Source: Waddliaceae bacterium (GTDB lineage Bacteria; Chlamydiota; Chlamydiia; Chlamydiales; SLFE01). From it: 64,000 bases of DNA. A model generated the notes under the pieces. It had not been told where the DNA came from. It did not search any database and saw nothing but the letters and a program-made list of their open reading frames with translations. Location: the NCBI GenBank assembly GCA_963771045.1, contig CAVYRW010000004.1, positions 160,001 to 224,000 on the forward strand, given 5' to 3'. Shown piece after piece: positions 58,979 to 64,000 of the stretch (positions are counted from its first letter, which is position 1; each line of letters opens with the position of its first letter). The translations under genes and the position numbers were made by a program.

Positions 58979-59439
58979 TACGCAAGGTCTAATATTCGGA
59001 TAGCAATGCTGTCGCCAACCTTGAGAAGCTCGCCTTTGCCGATGCATTGGCCATTGACGGTAAGATCAACGCCGCTTTCGGGCTGAATGGACAGATCAAG
59101 AACATTTCCCTCTTTTAATTGAAGGAGTTTTTCCAAAGACAGATTCACCCTTCCAATTTCAATAGTCAGAGGCACCGAGACTTGATCTCGAGAAATTTCT
59201 TCAGGGGGAGGCGCTTGAGACAAAGCGGGCTCGACATCAAGAGGGGCCGGTTCTTCTTTTTCTTCTTCTTCAGATGTTTTTTCTTCCGAAGGCTTAGGCT
59301 CTTCTTCCTCTTCTTTCTTCTCTTCTTCTAATTCGCTAAGCTCATCTTCGATATCGGGCAAATCAAGGCCTTCATCTTCGGTCTCTTCGTAATCTTCGAA
59401 AGAGAATTCTTCATCTTGATTATCGGGATCTTTGCTCAT
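58978..59439 (-). CDS. sctQ: SctQ C-terminal SpoA/FliN-like polypeptide
   Basis: Acidic N-terminus, LTIEIGRV...LKEGNVL...VDLTVNG..IGKGEL; AAGGAG RBS and ATGA overlap. Confidence 0.8.
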   Translation of the reverse strand: MSKDPDNQDEEFSFEDYEETEDEGLDLPDIEDELSELEEEKKEEEEEPKPSEEKTSEEEEKEEPAPLDVEPALSQAPPPEEISRDQVSVPLTIEIGRVNLSLEKLLQLKEGNVLDLSIQPESGVDLTVNGQCIGKGELLKVGDSIAIRILDLA

Positions 59440-60320
59440 TGTCTTCTTTCTCCTTTGACTAAAGGATTGATGTCCTCGTGAAAGAGAGGAGATTCCATGA
59501 TTTTGATGTGATTTTTTTCCAGAGAAGCCCGTATTTTCGGACTGCCGCCAAGTGTGAGGACGACCTGGCCTTGAGAGTTTTCGGGATCTATGTAACACTG
59601 ATCGAGCAGCACAAGATCTCCCTCTTCAATGGTTTTCAATTCTTCTTGTGTCAGCTGGACTTTGCCGATTTCAATGTGGAAAGGAATTTCAAGTTTTTTG
59701 AGTAATTCAGGGCTGACAGGCGTGGCAAGCGTTCTTTCCGAGTAGTGCTGGGTCCAGGAACGGAGAAATTCTTGGGAGATGAGAAGGCGGGCTGTGATTT
59801 GCCGATCAAATAGGGATATCCGGATATCGATTCCAAGACACTCCTCTTCGGGTAGAGTTTTTTCTTGAAGCAGATGGAAGTTTAAGTTCGGATCAAAATT
59901 GATTTCGGAAAAGCAGCGAACTGCCTCAAGGGAAAGGTAGCGGTAAAAACCCTGCTCGAGCTCTTCGTCGAAAATTTGAAAATCAGAGGGAGCCTGCCGG
60001 GCGAGCAGAGAATACATCAAATAACGCAAGTCATCTAGATCGACGACAAAATAAACGTTTCCTTCAAATGAGGAGATCGAAATTTGCTGGGTGAATAGAG
60101 TGTCTCCCAAATCTTTGGAGAATTTGCTGCTACTTAGCCACTGAATATTGCCTTTTTCGAATTTAAAATCTTCAATTTGAAAAGCTTGAGAAATTTTTTG
60201 CGAGAATTCCCCCCAGGGGAATTCCGGGGAAAATCCGCCAAGCGGGATATGATCCTGTTCAAGTATTTTAGGATCAGATGCTTTTAGCCATTCATAGAGA
60301 ACTGTCTCTTTTTCAGCCAC
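59436..60320 (-). CDS. sctQ: SctQ/CdsQ N-terminal part (sorting platform)
   Basis: FPWGEFS, GFYRYLSLE, SpoA1 HIEIGKVQL...GDLVLLD; position after cdsP. Confidence 0.8.
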   Translation of the reverse strand: MAEKETVLYEWLKASDPKILEQDHIPLGGFSPEFPWGEFSQKISQAFQIEDFKFEKGNIQWLSSSKFSKDLGDTLFTQQISISSFEGNVYFVVDLDDLRYLMYSLLARQAPSDFQIFDEELEQGFYRYLSLEAVRCFSEINFDPNLNFHLLQEKTLPEEECLGIDIRISLFDRQITARLLISQEFLRSWTQHYSERTLATPVSPELLKKLEIPFHIEIGKVQLTQEELKTIEEGDLVLLDQCYIDPENSQGQVVLTLGGSPKIRASLEKNHIKIMESPLFHEDINPLVKGERRQ

Positions 60321-60422
60321 TCGAGTTCCTTTGTTCTACTTCAATTGTGCTGGAATTAGGCGTTTTAAAGCAACAAAGACCTATCGAAAGGGAGGGTGCT
60401 TTAGCTCGGACGTTTTTCTCTT

Positions 60423-61232
60423 TCACAGGGCCTCCCGTTTCTTTTCGCCTTCTTGTTCGCCCCCCTGTTGCTGCTGCTCGCGGGGGTTGGATTCTGAGGC
60501 AGTCAAAAGGGTTTCTTCTTTTTCGGTTGTGGCCACCATGATATGAGTGATATACCCTTTCTCTTCCAGTGTCTTCATAAGCGATTCTCTGCTCATCTGC
60601 ATATCGAGTAGTTCTTTGGCCTTGGCATTCAGTTCGCTAAAGGTAATATTGAATTCTCCTTTTGCGGTGTCGAAAGAGGTCAGGGTCAGTTTGGCGTTAG
60701 CAAACAGGGGAGGGTGTTTGATGACAACGGTCATTTCATTTTTGCCGTCGAGTTTCATCTGGGTAATGGAGTCGATAACCTTCCTGAGAAGCTCTTCAAG
60801 CTGAATCCTTGCCGTTTTGGAACTTTTGACGGCCGCTTCGGCTTTGATGTCGTCCTGGACAGTTTCAAGTTTGGACGTTAGAGGTTTGGCATCTTTTACC
60901 AAGTTGTTGTCTTTTACCGGTTTTTCTTTTAGATCTTTGTCTTCTCCCGGTACATACTCTTCATCGGAGTCGTCAAATTCCTTTTCGGTAGAGTCTTTGA
61001 GGGCTCCTTTGGCTGCCAGGCTGAAAGCGGAAGGAAGTTCGGTTTTTGATTCTCCCTTCTTATCTGTCTCTTTGCTTTTGGACTTTTTCTCTTCGAGTTT
61101 GAATTTTTTCCGGCTTCTTCGCCCTTCATCCGACTTGTCGGTCCTTCTGACAGCTCGGTCAGAAGCAGTATTCGACTGTTTTCTTTCCGGCAGATTTTGA
61201 CTTTCAAATAGTTTAGGATCAAAATTTTGCAT
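60423..61232 (-). CDS. sctP: CdsP/SctP-like needle-length protein (CT671-type)
   Basis: Low-complexity N-terminus, FliK-C-like PLFANAKLTLT..KGEFNITFSEL; between sctO and sctQ. Confidence 0.7.
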   Translation of the reverse strand: MQNFDPKLFESQNLPERKQSNTASDRAVRRTDKSDEGRRSRKKFKLEEKKSKSKETDKKGESKTELPSAFSLAAKGALKDSTEKEFDDSDEEYVPGEDKDLKEKPVKDNNLVKDAKPLTSKLETVQDDIKAEAAVKSSKTARIQLEELLRKVIDSITQMKLDGKNEMTVVIKHPPLFANAKLTLTSFDTAKGEFNITFSELNAKAKELLDMQMSRESLMKTLEEKGYITHIMVATTEKEETLLTASESNPREQQQQGGEQEGEKKREAL

Positions 61233-61244
61233 ACTTAATCTCCT

Positions 61245-61763
61245 TTACCTTGCCTCGCCTTCGCGTTGATGCATTTGGTACATTATGTTGCCGATTTCAT
61301 CCAGTTCCCGTTCTTCATCGCGGCGGAGTTCGTCCCGCATCATGGCGAGCCAGTCTTTTTTGTGGATGTTGAGCTTGTCGACTTCGAGCCTTCTGAGTTT
61401 CAGTTCTTCCCTCGCCTGCTCAACCTGCAGCTCTGCAGCTTCCACTTGTTTTTTTTGCTCGTTTACCTTTTTTTCTTCTTCTTTGAGTTTTTTATCGACT
61501 ACTTTTAAGTAGTCTTTCATCTGCTGAATCTTGGCAGATGTAGTCGTTTTATCAACAAGATCCATTTCTTTTCGCAATTGGGCTAGTTTATCGTTCCGGT
61601 GTTTGAGAACCTTGTTTCTGGCTTTTTCCTTTTGCTTTAAAATTTCTTTTTCTTTTTCAAGAGCTTCGAGGGCTTCTTTGACTTTTTTCTCTGCGTCCTG
61701 AACCCTTTTATTCTTAATGTCGAGAACTTGTTCGAGAGGATATTCGATTTTAGCGTTCTGCAT
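61245..61763 (-). CDS. sctO: T3SS stalk protein CdsO/SctO
   Basis: YPLEQVL.IK..RV..AEK, all coiled coil, ELDEIG; follows sctN. Confidence 0.85.
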   Translation of the reverse strand: MQNAKIEYPLEQVLDIKNKRVQDAEKKVKEALEALEKEKEILKQKEKARNKVLKHRNDKLAQLRKEMDLVDKTTTSAKIQQMKDYLKVVDKKLKEEEKKVNEQKKQVEAAELQVEQAREELKLRRLEVDKLNIHKKDWLAMMRDELRRDEERELDEIGNIMYQMHQREGEAR

Positions 61764-61772
61764 AATCGTTTA

Positions 61773-63086
61773 CTACTTAAAAATTCCTTTTAGCAGCTGC
61801 ATGGTTTCTTCCCATGAACACTTTTCATCAATGCCCTGCTTTAAAAAATTGTTCACCTTATCAATGTGGTCGATGGCGAAGTCGCCCATTTTGTCCGAGC
61901 CTCTTTTATACTCCCCAATTTTAATCAGGAGCTCGTTTTTTCGGTAATTGGCCAAAACTTCCCGAAGCTGCCCGGCAAGCTTCATGTGCTCTTCTGTTGT
62001 AATTGAGGGCATAACCCGGCTTACGGAGGAAAGAACGTCGATAGCGGGGTAGTGGTATTGCCTGGCAAGCTCCCGAGAGAGGATAATGTGTCCGTCGAGA
62101 ATAGACCTCGTCTCGTCGGCCACCGGTTCATTCATATCGTCGCCGGCGACTAATATCGTATAAAAAGCAGTAATTGACCCTTTGTCGGAATTTCCGGCCC
62201 GCTCTAAAAGTTTGGGCAGAGTAGAGAATACCGACGGGGTATAGCCTGCTCTTGCGGGCGGTTCTCCGGCTGCAAGTCCTACCTCTCTCAAAGCTCTTGC
62301 AAAGCGAGTCACCGAGTCCATCATCAGGATGACGGATTTTTCCTGGTCGCGGAAGTATTCGGCAATGGCGTGGGCGGTATAAGCGGCGTTCAGTCTAAGC
62401 TGGGAAGCTTGGTCCGAGGTCGATACGATGACGACCGAGCGGGCCAGCCCTTCAGGCCCTAAATCTTTTTCAATAAAATCTCTGACTTCCCTTCCCCGCT
62501 CGCCAACCAGACTAATGACGTTGATATCGGCGACGGCATTTCTGGCTATCATGCCGAGGAGGGTGGATTTACCGCCTCCTGCCGCGGCAAATATTCCGAT
62601 GCGCTGGCCAAGCCCTGTGGAGAGAGTCGCATCAAGCGATCGGATTCCGACCGAGACGGGTTCTTTAATTCTTCTTCTTTTCAACGGGTCGGGGGGCGAG
62701 GCCCAAACGGGATAAATTTCTTCGGTTTCAAGAGGCCCTTTCGTATCTTCGTCGAGGGGTTGCCCAAGTCCGTTAAGCACTCGTCCAAGAAGTTTAGGGC
62801 CTACCTTTATATGAAGCGGAAGCCTTGTTGGAATGACTTCGGAGTTGGGGCCGATGCCGCTCATTTCTCCTAGAGGGGAGAGAAAAACTTCATTCTGGGT
62901 AAATCCGACAACTTCGGTGCGGAGAGGTTCTGCCCCTTCGCGCCTGACAAGGCACACTTCCCCGATCTTAACTTGGGGGACGATTGCCTTGATCAGCATT
63001 CCCACAGTTTCGGTGATTCTTCCGTTCACGGTCGTGAGCTGAAGATCATCGAGTCCGCCCATTAGCTTTTCAAGCTGGTCTTTCAT
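61773..63086 (-). CDS. sctN: T3SS ATPase CdsN/SctN
   Basis: AAAGGGKST, GERGREV, MDSVTRFARA, GEPP, LDGHI.LSR.LA..HYPAID. Confidence 0.97.
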   Translation of the reverse strand: MKDQLEKLMGGLDDLQLTTVNGRITETVGMLIKAIVPQVKIGEVCLVRREGAEPLRTEVVGFTQNEVFLSPLGEMSGIGPNSEVIPTRLPLHIKVGPKLLGRVLNGLGQPLDEDTKGPLETEEIYPVWASPPDPLKRRRIKEPVSVGIRSLDATLSTGLGQRIGIFAAAGGGKSTLLGMIARNAVADINVISLVGERGREVRDFIEKDLGPEGLARSVVIVSTSDQASQLRLNAAYTAHAIAEYFRDQEKSVILMMDSVTRFARALREVGLAAGEPPARAGYTPSVFSTLPKLLERAGNSDKGSITAFYTILVAGDDMNEPVADETRSILDGHIILSRELARQYHYPAIDVLSSVSRVMPSITTEEHMKLAGQLREVLANYRKNELLIKIGEYKRGSDKMGDFAIDHIDKVNNFLKQGIDEKCSWEETMQLLKGIFK

Positions 63087-63181
63087 AGGCTTTCCTTACG
63101 AATCATGCAAAAACGACGGCCGCAAAGTTTTTAGGGCGCACTTTCCCTTACTTTGCGTTTGCCGCCTTAAGCTGGAGGTCA

Positions 63182-63868
63182 TTAGACTTGAACGTTCATA
63201 AGCGCTTTAGTTGATTCTAGCGATTTGTTCAGTAAGTTAGTGAAAAACTCGAGCTCCTGTTGAACATGGTTCACCTTGACCTGAATGGCCAGCATATTCG
63301 CCGGCGACAATTCCTTGCCGGTATTGACCATGGCTTCAAGGTAAGATCCCAGATGGTCTAACTGATATTGCGCATGCGATAGGTGGTCTAAAAATTTAAG
63401 TGCTGCGTTCGGAACTCCCGCTAGCTTGTTTTCAGCCGGAACTTCGGCTTTTTCAGTTCCCGCTTTTGCCAAAGCAATGCGCAAGCTGTCGTCAATATGC
63501 GTCAACTTATTGCTCATCAATTTGTTAACCGGTTTCTTGATGGTTAATTCGGGGGTTTCCAGTTCGGATTTGATCGCGTCTATACGCTGCGATGCTTCTT
63601 TCGTTTGCTTGGCAAGCTCGTCTGCCGTTTTTCCCGGGTCAATTGGTTTGCCCTGGGCGTCTTTTGCGACATCTTCAACGCTTGGCTTGTTAGCTTCCGG
63701 AATCACGGTCTTAGCAACTTCCTGCTCAGGGACTTTCTTATCCATAATGGCTTCAAATTTCCCTTCAACAGGCTGTGTTTTTTGGACCTCTTTTCCCAGC
63801 TTATCGACACCCGACTCCTTGGAATCAAGCGACGTTATTTTTTCTATTTTATCATTGGCATCAGCCAT
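63182..63868 (-). CDS. T3SS-associated CT668-like protein
   Basis: ELSPANMLAIQVKV..QQELEFFTNLLNKSLESTK..MNVQV; directly upstream of sctN. Confidence 0.75.
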   Translation of the reverse strand: MADANDKIEKITSLDSKESGVDKLGKEVQKTQPVEGKFEAIMDKKVPEQEVAKTVIPEANKPSVEDVAKDAQGKPIDPGKTADELAKQTKEASQRIDAIKSELETPELTIKKPVNKLMSNKLTHIDDSLRIALAKAGTEKAEVPAENKLAGVPNAALKFLDHLSHAQYQLDHLGSYLEAMVNTGKELSPANMLAIQVKVNHVQQELEFFTNLLNKSLESTKALMNVQV

Positions 63869-63889
63869 AATTTCACCTTATTAATTTTA

Positions 63890-64000
63890 TTATTTGATAA
63901 AAGGCGATTTAAGTTTTTTCAAATCTTTCTCTGCCCATTCAAGGGCGATTTTCCCTAAATTTACAATTGTCTCATCGGAGGCCTCTTCAATTGCCTGCTG
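63890..64000 (-). CDS. 3' end of T3SS needle chaperone CdsG-like protein (partial)
   Basis: QQAIEEASDETIVNLGKIALEWAEKDLKKLKSPFIK*; assigned from synteny with the chlamydial cdsEFG-CT668-cdsN order. Confidence 0.55.
   Translation of the reverse strand, partial: QQAIEEASDETIVNLGKIALEWAEKDLKKLKSPFIK

Overview
Chromosomal segment of an environmental Chlamydiae bacterium (Parachlamydiales/Simkaniales-like). The assignment rests on chlamydial synteny: rpsB-tsf-pyrH-frr-tRNAs-mcsA/mcsB, nrdR-dksA-lspA, tolQRAB-pal-LysM with dsbD-tatD, a SWIM-SNF2 helicase, and the cdsG-CT668-cdsN-cdsO-cdsP-cdsQ-pkn5-cdsC type III secretion cluster. Most genes are housekeeping. Many ORFs, including essential rpsB, carry 1-bp frameshifts, most likely long-read consensus errors. 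Accessory DNA is concentrated at about 15.1-16.2 kb and 20.7-24.0 kb. The top candidate is a 1.56-kb IS5/IS903-group element bounded by a perfect 9-bp target duplication. It carries a divergently transcribed GxxExxY (PD-(D/E)XK) nuclease gene, and its ends are extended to about 58-bp inverted repeats built from 9-bp CACWGAG units. A gene-less inverted pair of similar repeats lies at about 4.5 kb. Other accessory features are an orphan IS200/IS605-end (omegaRNA-like) structured element, an internally deleted IS903-type element, eukaryote-like BTB and F-box/LRR effector candidates, two decayed genes, and a secretin with a long repeat-expanded N-terminus. All calls come from reading the sequence; no database searches were run.
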